This document shows positions 39,101 through 54,100 of a stretch of 64,000 nucleotides of DNA, one piece after another; position 1 is the stretch's first letter; each line of letters begins with the position of its first letter. Made by a program: the position numbers and the translations under genes. The notes below the pieces were generated by a model. The model was not told the DNA's origin, did not search any database, and worked only from the letters and a program-made list of their open reading frames with translations. This DNA is from Asterias rubens (taxonomy: Eukaryota), in assembly GCF_902459465.1 (NCBI RefSeq), contig NW_022985697.1, positions 372,001 to 436,000 on the forward strand. The letters are read 5' to 3'.

Positions 39101-42100
39101 TATGCATCAACTAAACAGTGACTTGAGTGATTTATTACACCTATTTCGTTGTACACTATACATTTCTACAATTATTTAGGTACAACATGACAGATGAATA
39201 TTTGTAAGTAACTTTGGTAAAATTTGGGGTTGAAAAAAAGATATTTGAAATATGAAAGGTGCCTTCCTTTAAAGTGATCCCCTGGCTGCCGCTTCCCAGG
39301 TTGTATCGTAAACTTGGTGGTGATCCGTGGTTACACGGTAGTTAAGTGTTGAAAGAGTTCTGATTGGCAGCCCGAACAAAGATATTGACAAAACGGTGAG
39401 ACTATATGCAGCAATAGTTTTTCATAGCTCATAATCCAGATGCCCCAATTTGTAGGAAATTTTTCTTTGTTCAACCCCAAATTATTGTTTTTTTTAATCC
39501 AGCTTTAGAATCCATATATATGTATAAACACAATGTAGTTTTAAAACTTGTGTTTGCTTGTGGCATTTGCTTTAAAGGGAGACAATTTAGCACACATTTA
39601 AAAAGTGTTTTAGACTGTAAAAAAAAACCTCATGTTGTACATAAACATGTCAAACACATGTGAACTGATGCAAACCTTGAGCAAAACTTTTCTGTATTGT
39701 ATTTTTGGTGGCCTTTGTGGTTTCTGTGAATAACCAATACAAACTTCAAACGAATGTGAACATCAAGAAAACAAAAAGGGAAAAAAAGTAAATGAAACAT
39801 TAATGGGTTGAAAGTAGAGTAGTATATAACATTAAGATATTACTTGTAACCTTCAGGTTAGGGTGGGACAGGGAGGGTGTCTTTATCTTGTACATATGTA
39901 TTTTTCAAAAACTGTACAATTATATACATGTGGTGTTATTCTTTCATGTGTACATGTATAATATACACATGATTTAAACATTTTTTTGAAGTATTTAAGA
40001 GTTTTGGCTGAACATTTAACTGATGTTTTTGATAAAGTACATTTTTATATCATGTGTTGAGGTTTAAGGTTGAATTACTTGATGAACTTTTTAAGACAAG
40101 CCACAATGGGACTCACCACAATTAGTGGTGAGCGTGTGTACCTGTGGACAGATACCATAGAGTTAAATACAATAGATCGTTATCATGGGGCTGCTAATTG
40201 ATCATGTTCCTAGTAACCAATAGCAGTAATGGATGCTTATATTCATTGTAAAAAAAGGAACCAGACTATTTCTCCTTCCACCCGTGGTTTGGTTTCATTG
40301 AATTGAACGGAAGAAAGTCAAGATGGCCGCACCATGATAAAAGGTCTGGGTGCACTCACCATTAAACACTTGGAATCACGCTGTCCCACCATAGCCCTTA
40401 TTGCAAATACTCGGTATGCGCACGATAGACATGGAATAAGGTGCAATGGTTATTGCCAAAAGGTATATGGGCACAATGTCCACTAACAAACTAATGGAAC
40501 TGGCACTTGTCCTGTGTTTTAGGATCGTTCTGCGCCATTTTCTCAATAGCTGCTTGTTGGGGCATTTCACATAGTTTTGTACACTCTCTTGATCTATGAT
40601 ATAACTCTATGGTGCATCACAAGGACTTTAATCAAAATGAATCTAGATAGAATGACAGACCGAGAATATCCTTGGTTCATTTTTGTGTACGAAACAATCG
40701 GGGAAAGAACTAATTGACAAGCAAGTACAAACAATGGGAGAACCAAGAAAAGTTTCTGATTTATGATCTTCATCCGTATTAAATATTATGAATAATTAGC
40801 TGTTTTGTACAAATTTACGCAAAGCTTATTTTATCAGTTAAGTTTTAAGTAAATAGCATTGTAGAACCAAACTGTATCTGTACCCAATATCTAGGCATTG
40901 GCTTTTTAACAATTATTGCTTCAGTTTGTTTTGCAAATTATTGTTTTATATATTGTAATTGCTTGTTGGAAGATAAAAATAAAAAATGAGAAACATTTGG
41001 TAAATTTCTATTTTACATGAACTTTTTCAAGTTAGTCCACTACATTATTTTTTGTTAAATAGAAATTCCATAATTGAGGTCAGTGTAGGAAGGGAAATTT
41101 CAGAATTCTTTCTAAAAGGCAGTGGACACTATTGGTAATTACTCAAAATAATTATTAGCATAAAACCTACCCTGTTGACGAGTAATGGGGAGAGGTTGAT
41201 GGTATAAAACATTGTGAGAAACGGCTCCCTCTGAAGTGCCATAGTTTTCGAGAGAGAAGTAATTTTCCACGAATTTGATTTCGAGACCTCAGATTTAGAA
41301 CATGAGGTCTTGAAATCAACCATCTAAACGCATACAACTTTGTGTGACAAGGGTGTTTTTTCTTTCATTATTATCTCGCAAGTTCTATGACCGATTGAGC
41401 TCAAATTTTGTGTTTGGCTGTTTTTTTTTATTTTTTCGAGATGAAAATTAAATCCTGCTCTTTGGATGTATTGATATAATGATGAGGATACTGTTCCCCC
41501 AAAAAGCTCCTTCAAATATAAAACATACCAGGGCCCAAGTTCATAGAGTTGTAAAAGCAGAAAAAATGCTTATCAAATTTGTTTGTCAAGCAAAAAAAAA
41601 AAAGAATGAGCCATGAAATGGGGTTGAGGGAATGAAACAGGGCCAGGGAAGTTAAATCAATACTGTAGATCAGGTTGATGTAATAAGGGTATGGATGTTT
41701 TTTCAAAAGCTAAGGGCATTCCAATGAGGGAAATTTTGAGTTCTACTGCAGAAAATGTCAAGGGGGCAATGGGGCAATGAGGCAATGATAAGGACCATGG
41801 AGGATATAGACCTTTATCACACTGCAGCCATCGTTGTCAGATTCCCTGGGTACACAATGACACTGACAGTTTGAATTCTCAATTTATAAAGAGGGTACCA
41901 GACTATTTTCCCTTTCAGCCTCAGTTTGGTTACATTGGTTTGAATGGAAGAATAAACAAGATGGCCGCACCAAAATAAACAAGCCCTGCCTTCATGAAGG
42001 GTCAGGCCATTAATAGATGTTCAAAATGTGTACTCCGTACACGTACACTACATGACCTTGTGAAAAGGGAGTGATGCAAAACAAAAATACAAGTTCATAG

Positions 42101-45100
42101 AAAACAGGGGCCACAGAGACACCATCAACACTATCACGGTAGAAAGATTTCATCACACACTCTATGGGAAACAGTTGAATAGAACCAGTGAAGAATGGTT
42201 TCTCACCCAGACAATTCAAATAACCTTGTGATTTGTTGGATTTATTTCAATAGGAACGTGGGGTGCAACCGAGCACAAAGTGGTGGGGCTTTGAATTGCA
42301 TTTCGTGGTTGAAGGCTCACTCTGAATAGAGCAGTTATGACAAACATCCTGTTGGAATCGCTAGGTTTTTAGTCAGAACCACAGCCGAGGATTAAAAGGT
42401 GGGGGGGGGGGGGGGGGGGGGCGTATAAATTCATCATCGTCTTTCAAAAGGGTATGTTAAATCTGAATGAATTAAAATGAATGAATCCTGGATAAAGAAT
42501 ATTAATTTTGGTGAAGTGTGTTAGCACTGTATACATGTACTCAATACTTTCCCCGAGTTCTAAGAAACAAAATCACAGGCATATTACTTTAGTGGGATTT
42601 GAACCCACAACGTTTGCACTTCTACAGCAGTTTCGTACTAACTGGAGTTTGTTTGAAGTGTATACATGTACATGTTGCATGAATCACCAATATGTCATGT
42701 TCAAGTTAAACAAAAATCTAAACAGGAAGGGTCAATCTTTTTTCTGTTTTAGCCCGACGTAAAGGTCTCATAGTAATAGTTTTTGTTTCTCACGCACTCC
42801 ATCTATTGGAAAAATGTTAAAAACTAAATATTTCAGAACCTGCTAGAAGTTCTCTTCAAAACCTCTTCACCACACTTTGATTCCTTTATTTTAAACTATT
42901 TCTGCTCGTACATTCTATCCACGTATCTACACTTTCTCATCCATTCACCCTTACACACTTATTGACAGACTTGACTTCAAAAATTGTTCCTATAAAAAAG
43001 ATACACTTTCTTTAACCTTTAGTGATGGTTGAATCAATATGTGCATAGCATGGGAGTTTTTTTTTACCAACAAATAAACTCGGAAAGGATATATGTTTTG
43101 AAGAATTAAGTAAACAGTTATGCTGGAATTGTGCAAATAATCATTTTCCCAAATGTTTGTTTTCCCATGGAGTGAGTAGAGTTTAATTTGTTATTTTAAG
43201 ATCAAAGGGGTGCACAACGCTGGTAAGATTGAAAAATAGCACTATTCACAGATTTGCACAACACTTACAAGGTGTAAAGATGGTCATACACATGTACTCC
43301 CTTGGGATATTTTGGCTGAAATGCTTGAGAAATGAGTAAAACAATTCAGTATTGATCTTGTCTAGGTCCAAAACCCAAAGCTTCAAAACATTGTTAAGAT
43401 ATCAGATTGTTTTCAATGATTTTCTGGTTTCGATGACCGATTGGGCTTAATTTTCATAGGGTTGTTATTTTGTGTATATCCAGGCTACTAAAAAAGTAGG
43501 AAAATGTTATTTGGTACAAGGGCTGACGTACACGTACACATGGTGTCGGCTTAAAAAAACAGACTGTCCAATATTTAAAAGCAGTTTGTTATAATATTTC
43601 AAAAGGCACAACATAATCGGAGAACCGACAAAAGTAGGAAGAATATTATGGCTGTTTATGTTGGCTTATACTAAAGGCAGTGGACACTATTGGTAATTAA
43701 TCACAATAATTATTAGCATAAAACCTTACTTGGTATTGAGTAATGGGGAGAGGTTGATGGTATAAAACATTGTGAGAAACGGCTCCCTCTGAATTAACAT
43801 AGTTTTCGAGAAAGAAGTAACTTTTCACGAATTTGATTTCGAGACCTCAGAATTAGATTTTGAGGTCTCGAAATCAAGCATCTGAGAGCACAAAACTTTG
43901 TGTGACAAGGACATTTTTTCTTTCATTATTATCTTACACCTTCAACGACCATTGGAGTTCAAATTTTCACAGGTTTGTTATTTTGGGTATGCGTTGAGGT
44001 ACACCAAGTGAGAAGACTGGTCTTTGATAGTTACCAAAAGTGTCCAGTGTCTTTAAGGATACTGGTCTGTGACAACAATCACGGCTGTATGTGTGCTTTA
44101 GGCAGTGAAAAGCAATGTACATTACTTCTAATTACTGTAATAATGTACATTATAAACCTTTCCATTGTTGATAAACAAAGTGTGCCGGATTGCATGGCTG
44201 GCTGAGTGTTACAAAAACAATCAATCCTGTTAAGAACAATTGCAACCAAATTCAACACTTTCTGTAAAGATTGATGAGCTGAAATACATTTTATGATCTG
44301 TTTCCAGCAACTTGGACATATTTTTGAATATTTGTGTGCCATTTCTAAATGGCTATCTGTTTTTATTTTGCATTTATGGCTTTCTATAGTTTTCCAACCT
44401 CGGTTGACAAAACTTGGTCTATGACGTTGTATACATGTAGAAAGGTCTATACAGGTAAACAAAGAGCAGATGGCAAAATGGTTGACATGGAAACCACAAC
44501 TGAAACACAATTCCGCAGATGATTGATGACTGACAAAAATCCATTATTTATAAAAAGCCTGGATGTATAAACATGAAGTAGCTAGAATAGGATAATGGAT
44601 ATGGCAAGCTGTCAGTAATACTATGTTAATGATAATGCTTGATAGTAATGACCACTTTAACTTTCATGCCAGTTAAAGTAAATGTATTGTTTTCCAGTAC
44701 ACACAGCACAGAATTGTCCATTCACTAGTGATAGTTGGAATAGCTAGCGCAGGGTTCTACCTGTTAACAAGCTAGCGTATCGAGTAGATGCGCACAGAGT
44801 TCAAGTTGAGTTGGAATAGCTAGCGCAGGGTTCTCCCTGTTAACAAGCTAGCGTATCGAGTAGATGCGCACAGAGTTCAAGTTGAGTTGGAATAGGTAGC
44901 GCAGGGTTCTCCCTGTTAACAAGCTAGCGTATCGAGTAGATGCGCACAGAGTTCAAGTTATTTTGGAATAGGTAGCGCAGGGTTCTCCCTGTTAACAAGC
45001 TAGCGTATCGAGTAGATGCGCACAGAGTTCAAGTTGAGTTGGAATAGGTAGCGCAGGGTTCTCCCTGTTAACAAGCTAGCGTATCGAGTAGATGCGCACA

Positions 45101-48100
45101 GAGTTCAAGTTGAGTTGGAATAGCTAGCGCAGGGTTCTCCCTGTTAACAAGCTAGCGTATCGAGTAGATGCGCACAGAGTTCAAGTTGAGTTGGAATAGC
45201 TAGCGCAGGGTTCTCCCTGTTAACAAGCTAGCGTATCGAGTAGATGCGCACAGAGTTCAAGTTGAGTTGGAATAGCTAGCGCAGGGTTCTCCCTGTTAAC
45301 AAGCTAGCGTATCGAGTAGATGCGCACAGAGTTCAAGTTGAGTTGGAATAGCTAGCGCAGGGTTCTCCCTGTTAACAAGCTAGCGTATCGAGTAGATGCG
45401 CACAGAGTTCAAGTTGAGTTGGAATATCTAGCGCAGGGTTCTCCCTGTTAACAAGCTAGCGTATCGAGTAGATGCGCACAGAGTTCAAGTTGAGTTGGAA
45501 TAGCTAGCGCAGGGTTCTCCCTGTTAACAAGCTAGCGTATCGAGTAGATGCGCACAGAGTTCAAGTTGAGTTGGAATATCTAGCGCAGGGTTCTCCCTGT
45601 TAACAAGCTAGCGTATCGAGTAGATGCGCACAGAGTTCAAGTTGAGTTGGAATAGCTAGCGCAGGGTTCTCCCTGTTAACAAGCTAGCGTATCGAGTAGA
45701 TGCACACAGAGTTCAAGTTGAGTTGGAATAGGTAGCGCAGGGTTCTCCCTGTTAACAAGCTAGCGTATCGAGTAGATGCGCACAGAGTTCAAGTTGAGTT
45801 GGAATAGCTAGCGCAGGGTTCTCCCTGTTAACAAGCTAGCGTATCGAGTAGATGCGCACAGAGTTCAAGTTGAGTTGGAATAGGTAGCGCAGGGTTCTCC
45901 CTGTTAACAAGCTAGCGTATCGAGTAGATGCGCACAGAGTTCAAGTTGAGTTGGAATAGGTAGCGCAGGGTTCTCCCTGTTAACAAGCTAGCGTATCGAG
46001 TAGATGCGCACAGAGTTCAAGTTGAGTTGGAATAGCTAGCGCAGGGTTCTCCCTGTTAACAAGCTAGCGTATCGAGTAGATGCGCACAGAGTTCAAGTTG
46101 AGTTGGAATAGCTAGCGCAGGGTTCTCCCTGTTAACAAGCTAGCGTATCGAGTAGATGCGCACAGAGTTCAAGTTGAGTTGGAATAGCTAGCGCAGGGTT
46201 CTCCCTGTTAACAAGCTAGCGTATCAAGTAGATGCGCACAGAGTTCAAGTTGAGTTGGAATAGCTAGCGCAGGGTTCTCCCTGTTAACAAGCTAGCGTAT
46301 CGAGTAGATGCGCACAGAGTTCAAGTTGAGTTGGAATAGGTAGCGCAGGGTTCTCCCTGTTAACAAGCTAGCGTATCGAGTAGATGCGCACAGAGTTCAA
46401 GTTGAGTTGGAATAGCTAGCGCAGGGTTCTCCCTGTTAACAAGCTAGCGTATCGAGTAGATGCGCACAGAGTTCAAGTTGAGTTGGAATAGCTAGCGCAG
46501 GGTTCTCCCTGTTAACAAGCTAGCGTATCGAGTAGATGCGCACAAAGTTCAAGTTGAGTTGGAATATCTAGCGCAGGGTTCTCCCTGTTAACAAGCTAGC
46601 GTATCGAGTAGATGCGCACAGAGTTCAAGTTGAGTTGGAATAGGTAGCGCAGGGTTCTCCCTGTTAACAAGCTAGCGTATCGAGTAGATGCGCACAGAGT
46701 TCAAGTTGAGTTGGAATAGGTAGCGCAGGGTTCTCCCTGTTAACAAGCTAGCGTATCGAGTAGATGCGCACAGAGTTCAAGTTGAGTTGGAATAGGTAGC
46801 GCAGGGTTCTCCCTGTTAACAAGCTAGCGTATCGAGTAGATGCGCACAGAGTTCAAGTTGAGTTGGAATAGGTAGCGCAGGGTTCTCCCTGTTAACAAGC
46901 TAGCGTATCGAGTAGATGCGCACAGAGTTCAAGTTGAGTTGGAATAGCTAGCGCAGGGTTCTCCCTGTTAACAAGCTAGCGTATCGAGTAGATGCGCACA
47001 GAGTTCAAGTTGAGTTGGAATAGGTAGCGCAGGGTTCTCCCTGTTAACAAGCTAGCGTATCGAGTAGATGCGCACAGAGTTCAAGTTGAGTTGGAATAGG
47101 TAGCGCAGGGTTCTCCCTGTTAACAAGCTAGCGTATCGAGTAGATGCGCACAGAGTTCAAGTTGATTAACACCCAACAAATTTAAATATTTTGGTTTGAC
47201 TTCAAATCAAATAGACAAAAAACATTTAGTAAAACCATTAAGAATGCTCTAGATTACACGGTAGGGCTTTCAAATTCAAAGATAAAATCACCAAGTACAA
47301 GCGTTCAGTGAGCTTAACCCTTTAGTCCCTGCACCGCCCGAGTTTGCTGAAATCCAATTTCTCAAGATTCTTGCAGTAAATTACTGGAATCGTAGTTCAA
47401 GTTTTAAAAAATAGCCATGGCTTAATGTGTATGCACAATTTTGTACCCTTTCGGTAATATTTGTCTAAAAGTACAAGTTCTCATGGGAACAATAAATGCC
47501 TCTTGTTAAACGGCTACGGTAATTTTTATGGCGAATATTTTTGTGCACGGAAAAAATGAACACAATAGCTTTTCAAGGCTTTTGTCTAGCTCAATGCTCA
47601 TACTGATTAAATGCGAAGGCGTTAATTTTCGACAATATCATCATAAATGATGAACAGTTTCCTGTTTACTAATGAGCGTTTTATTTTTCGTAAGAGCTAA
47701 ATTATTTCATCATCATTAGCTTCGACAAGTCAACTGTGAAGGGAGAATTAATAACGATCTATAACAACTAGATATATTAACAAATGCGTAGACCTACTAA
47801 TGACTATCGAGTTTTCTTTTGATGTTCCTTTTTTTCTACAAACACAAGCTAGCGAGGTTTCCTCGTACCGCATACAGTGTATCGCTATATGCGGCTGGGC
47901 GGTACAGTGGCTAAATGGTTAAGACCAAACTTCGAAACTCGGGGGTCTAAAATACTCCAGGCTTAAAAATCCTGAAAGGGGTTTGATTATTATTTTCTCA
48001 CTATAAATCACAACTCAGACATCACACTATTGAGCGAACCTTTTGACAAATCAACAGAACAATAGATAGTTCTGAATCTGTTGTATAACTGCCTTGTTTG

Positions 48101-51100
48101 TATTTATTGTGTACTTTTTCAAGCCTACTAGGTTCCTCAGTGTTATTTCCCCTGTTCACAGGGCCCTATTTACTCCTTAGGAGTATGCAGCACCGGCAGC
48201 CAAATTGCCGCACCGGTTGATAATCAGTCACATCAACAATCTCTACCCTCGCAGATACCCATTTATTCCCGGGTGAAGAGAAGCAGTTATAGTCAAGCAT
48301 CTCAAACGAGGACAGAAGGGTCATGACCAGGATTTGAACCCACACTCTGATAGACTCAGTCATCAGACCGTTGTTGTGCTAGGCCCTAATCCCCAAGACC
48401 ATATGGCTCAAATGTGTGTGTATCTCACACTGTAATACATACATTGTACAACTTATATCTTACCTACGAATTACTCCTTTTTCACACGCCGTGTACAGCA
48501 TACTTCCATTGGACGTATACCTGTGAACACAAACAGTAATTAGGTTATTTCCTCAAAGAGCTTTTAGGTCTTTCCACTGGTTTTTGGGGGTATTTATTTT
48601 GTATTTATATACCTATTTGCATGTTAGATGAATAACGTCAGCTACAACTGCTTTTAGTCACAAGTTACTGCTTGGACTTGAATTTCCTCAGACTATTGAC
48701 CCAATTCACCTGATGTCATCATCAGAATATCTTGAATGCGCCATTTTTGTGGTCAATGTCAACCTGTGTTATTCAGTGAAGTGTGCATTTTAGGCGACGC
48801 AGCATTTACAGGTAAACCTATTGACCACCAACATGGTGAGTGTGGCATCAGTTGCCACGTGTGATGCACGTGCAAGGGTCAATAGAGATAGTTAGGGCAA
48901 ATTAGGGCAAGCTTTTATATAGCAACCTCCAGATGAGCAAACCCTGGTACCATAGAGCCAAACACATTCATTCATATGGTTGTAGGCCATCTTTAATGTA
49001 ACTACGCAAACGCTTGCCCCAAATCATGTGCCATAGCAACTGTCTCTATAGTTTAAACGATTCAAATTGACATTGTCACTCGTGATTAACGTCTCTGCAC
49101 CAGACAACTTTCAAATCTAATAAGCAAATGGCTTTCTTTTAGTTGGCACTAAATGACAAGTTGTCAAAACAGAAGATATTTAAAATAAATCTTTGTCAGC
49201 ATCATACATACGGAATAAGAAAGAAAACTAATCTGACTCTCCGGACTTACTTGAGTTTCCATATTGCATCCTCCCCACTTTGTTTGAGTGTTTCTTGTAC
49301 ACCAGCATGAGGCAAGTAAGCACACACTTCACCTCCACCTAGCATTACCACGCCTAAGACATGAAAAGACACAGACAATAATAAGAATAATAATAATATA
49401 ACAATAATAACAAGAGTGGTTTCACTCAGTGACGCTCAAGGCACTTTAACATACAGTGTCTTCCTGCAAGGTTTGTGAGACTACGATTGAATTATGAGAT
49501 CTACTCTTTTACATAGCACTATTTAATGGTTTACAAGGTGCTGTGGGGCGATATGCTGCCAATCCAGCCAGGAACACCAGGGTGAACTCCTTCTTTTTTT
49601 GTAGAGTGAAATATGCTTGCCGTAAGCACAGAATTCCCTGCTTCGTTAAGCGCTGATTCTTTGCTTGCGGTAAGCAGAGCCACGAAATTGGGCCCAGGAC
49701 TCGAACCCAAACTCTGTTAATGTGTGTAAGTATGTACTTACTACAGAAACCATCTTCTTCCATAGCGTTATATGGCCCTGGTGTTGGGTCCACACATTGC
49801 AGTACGGTCCCAGCTGAGATGTCTAAGAGAGTCCTTCCATCAAGCGTTACGACCTACAAACATTCAACCAAAGGTAGTCATCATCAATAAGTATTGCATG
49901 AAATTACTGCAACTTATAAAACAAAACCAATGTGTGTATGAGAGAGATTGGATATTGCCAGCTTGGTGTTTATATCCTCTTGTGGGAGTTTGCCGAGTTC
50001 CCTTGATGGGAAGATCATTGATACATACACTAGGGACTGGCATGGTAGAAATCTTAAGGGTTATCACCTCAGGGGAGTTTGCCGAGTTCCCTTAAAGCCA
50101 TTGGACACTTTCTGAACAGAACAAAAATTTAAAGTTCACAGATTTACAAATAACTTACAAACCCAATCCCCATAGTGCCCCCCGGTGGGATTCCAAACGG
50201 GGTCCCAGAGGTACAAGGCGAGGCAAGACACCACTAAACCAACCTGACCACAATCTGTGGATACGCAACAGTCCATCCTACCTTGCCATGTCCATCAACT
50301 GATGCCGTGACGAAGGTGGTTTCACCAGAGCACCAGGGCCAACTGTCTCCAAGGAAAGTCACATCACGGATTATATCACTATGAAGCTGCAAGTCAAATA
50401 TATCACAACACCCTAAAAGTATCACAATAACTCCTTTAAGCACTTTTAAATAGTAGATAATATATGTTTGACTAAGTTGGTTAAAAAGGCTAGCCTGTTA
50501 TTTGTATTAAATGAAAATATCCTCTTTACAAATACTGTAGGCCTACATCATACTTCTATCTATGTCGGGTCCACAATGGCCAACAAAAGCTTCATTTATT
50601 TATTGCTATAATAAAATTGTTGTTTGCATATTAAATAAATTTAGCAAAGTTAAACAAATTAAACACTAAGTTCTGGGCCTTGGGCCTTCCAATCAAATTC
50701 CCAAATAATAACATCCAGTAAATACTCATAAAAAACAAACACATGCATTAAATATATGGTAAATTTGTCTATCAGCGTCTGTCAGGACCACAGCTTGCAG
50801 CAAAAATCAATTTACAGATTGCTGGTGTCTGGGCATAAGTAACACTGGTGCCTAGGCATAAAGAACACTAGCGACATAGGCATAAACAACACTAGTGCCT
50901 AGGCCTACAGAAATCAGTGCCATAGGCATAAACAACACTGGTGCCTAGATCTACAGAACACTAGTGCCCAGGGCCTAAGGAATAGGTCCTGTGAAACACT
51001 TAAACCAGTCTTGGCCTCATCAGCGGTCGAAAACTGTTCTCACTGGGAGTCTTACCTACAAACAACAATACATTAGCAATCGTAAAAAACATTCAATTGC

Positions 51101-54100
51101 AAGAACAAAACATAAAATGGTTACATACAATATATAACAAAACAAACATCGTAAGTCAAAGGAAAATAGTTGCAGGGGATGGGCAGAATTTAGATAAAGG
51201 TATATATACATCATCTGATCAAAAACTGCATTCTGTATAATTCAAATCAATATATATTTTAAATCACAGCAAATTCAAAAGTACAGTAAAGAAACAGAAG
51301 GTATAATTAGACAGTGTGACAAACAAAGCACCATAAGCGTCACTGCGTGACGGACCTGAGCGCTTTGTAAGAACCTTTCAGGACGCTTGGTGGCAGCAGA
51401 CTTACCAGGTAAAACCCAATCTACTCGGTAATGTGCGCATGCTCAGAACTACCTAAACAATGGAAATTGACCTGGTAAGTCTGCTGCCACCTAGCGTCTC
51501 AAAGTCTCCCATTGAAGAGCAGAATGCTCTTCAATGCACCAGGTTTCATTGAAACCACAATACAGAAAAGGCATGAGATATTAGAAAGTTGGTAGATGTT
51601 TTTGCATAATGTACAAGTACATGCCATGGCTCAGCCCTGCAAGTCATACAACAAGCAAACAATAAGCACCAACCATAAAATATACATACAAAAGGAATTC
51701 ACTTAAACATGATCCTGTGAACAAAATGGTTACACAATAAATGTTTCAACAAGGACTGAAAAAGGAGCAGTAAAGCATATAAGCAAATAAAGAAATTCAA
51801 TATGACCATGAAACACAGGACTCCGGAAAGTCCTGAGTATAGAACGCTTAACACATTGGTGTAGTGTAAACAAGAAAAATGCTGCTCAAATATAGAATTC
51901 AAACTGCTTCTAGCCACCGGGCAAGCTCAGTGGTCTATTGGTAAGCCACAGAATGGCAAAGTTTAAGGGTTTGATTCACACAGGAGTAGTATGCCTGTAG
52001 ATTTTTTTTTTTTCACAGTACTTGGGAAAGTACTGCATACACGCTATGCATAAAATGCATATATCACAGCTGCAGTTTCTTTATAATTTGTAATGAGATT
52101 TTAACCTGTCAGTTTGTTGTCAGGCTGTGATTGGTCAATATGGATTATGCAAATAACATCATTTGAGGAGGGCACCTACAGCTAAGGTTTACTTAAAAGA
52201 AGGTTGCTCATTGGCAGCGTGCGCAAGATGTGCTATTTTATTCTTTCACTATCATTTTACCTCTGAGATAGAGCATGATGACATTAATGCAAAAGGACTA
52301 AGGTATATTATGAAAGGGCACTGTATGGATTAATCTATTACAAGATACAAGTTTGAGGAAAATAAAACAGTGATTAAGTATAAAATTCAGGTATACTTAC
52401 ATCATATATATATAGTCGTGGAATGGACATTCGTAAATCAAAAACAGCTAAACCCTGCAAAGATAGACCATTAAGTGCATCAACATGGTTATATGACAGG
52501 GGGCTTGTTCTGTACCAATTGCATTGCACAGTATAACACCATGGTATAAATTAAGTCATCATGTTAACAAAACGTAAGTGATCTTCAGCATTCCAGGTAA
52601 CTTTGTGGCAGGCAAGACTCTACACTGGTTAGATTGAAATTTGAAATCTGTTTTGGTAATTTCCACATATCAATCGATGTCACATCGTCGCGTTAGTGCG
52701 AAAGAGTTGTATCTTGGTGCATACTGCTTTTGTATGTACATGTACATCCCTTTTAAGCGAGATACGTCAATTTCAAACTCGGGCGTCCTGCCATTTTAGG
52801 AAATACAACATTTTGGCACTGACACAATTTTTAAATGCAACATTTACCTTCCCATTGACACAGGTACAAACTACTGTATTAGGGCACTTAGGGTCTACAG
52901 CCAGGCCAGTCCGGTCCTTACGGTTAAAAGCGCCTAGACAAAAACAAAACGGTTTCAAAGATTAAGTTTGAATAAACTGAATGTTTGTACAATTTGGAGG
53001 GAACTACGCTTGGTAAGACGATTCACTGTTTTGTTTGTTTGTTGGGGTGTTTGTTTGGTTTATTTCCATTTGCACAACTTGAAACATACACATAACAACA
53101 ACAACAACAACAAATGGCGTTAATATCTTGAGGAGGTGTAACCCACATGTAAAATGAAAATATACTAGCACCAGGATAGCTTTGGGACCCAGAGTCCCAA
53201 AACATAACAATTGCAAAAGTGAAGGATTCAACGGACGTGGGTCGGTATGCCCAAATAACTAGTGGTGATCACAGGGTCAGCTTTTCCAATTTGATCCAAG
53301 TCCAAACAGTTTGGCGTGAAGTGACATGGGAGAAGAGGATTGAAATGATTCAAGCAACATGCCGACAACAAAATCCCGATCTGGAAGGGTTTTAATGTCC
53401 TTAACATTGGAATCATGTCACAGTTATGGTGGTATGGGCTTGGGGGGGGGGGGGGGGGGCAATTTAACCATCAAGAAAATAAAACATGATGCTTACAGCT
53501 TTCATATGTAATTAACTGGGCACCTGTTTCCACATCAACTACAGCTAATCTCCCTGCCGAGGTGGTGGCTAGTATCTGTAGAGATACAGAAAACACACAG
53601 TGTGAAACTTTAAGCTGACAACAGTGTCTATTTGTTAAAAGACAGCAAAAACTGTCACATTTTTTTACTCAAGAACATTGAATCCATCCTCATTTAGACA
53701 AGTCACAGCGGGTCACAACTGAAACTCTGGCCGCAGCACTCACACACAGATACCTACAGATATTTGAATCTCCTAAGCTCACCTTCAGGCAAGTTTTAAA
53801 ATTTGAATTATTCATACACTTTTATTGACTTCTAATCAATGCGGGCAAAACAGGATTACCAAGCGAATTTCCATTTGTTGCATATTGCTTGTTACTGGTA
53901 TTCAACTGTTGATGTCCTGAAAATCACGTGGAAAGTGGTTGGTAATCCTGTTTTTATCAAGGAAGAAGTTTCATGCTCAGCAAATTTTTGTGCTTACAGG
54001 CTTTAGGAAATTGGGCCCTGCTGTAGTTAGTTCTAAGCTCTGCTGGACTTACCTTTCTGCCATCACTTGTAAAACGTACAGCGTGAATATTTCTAGCTAG

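Noticed and set aside
44734-47165. 76-bp array as a CRISPR array, tandem tRNA cluster or ribozyme satellite
   Set aside because: There are no unique spacers or cas genes and the context is eukaryotic. The T-arm and acceptor stem do not pair in any phase or strand, and there is no CUGANGA/GAAA core.
50985-51030. CTGATGA-GGCCA-AGAC-TGGTT on the minus strand as another hammerhead
   Set aside because: The GAAAC box is absent and stem I does not pair, so it is too weak to call.
53228-53416. Cys/His-rich ORF with a CCAG acceptor inside the WD40 gene
   Set aside because: The phase needed to join the flanking WD40 exons hits a stop, and the model is complete without it.
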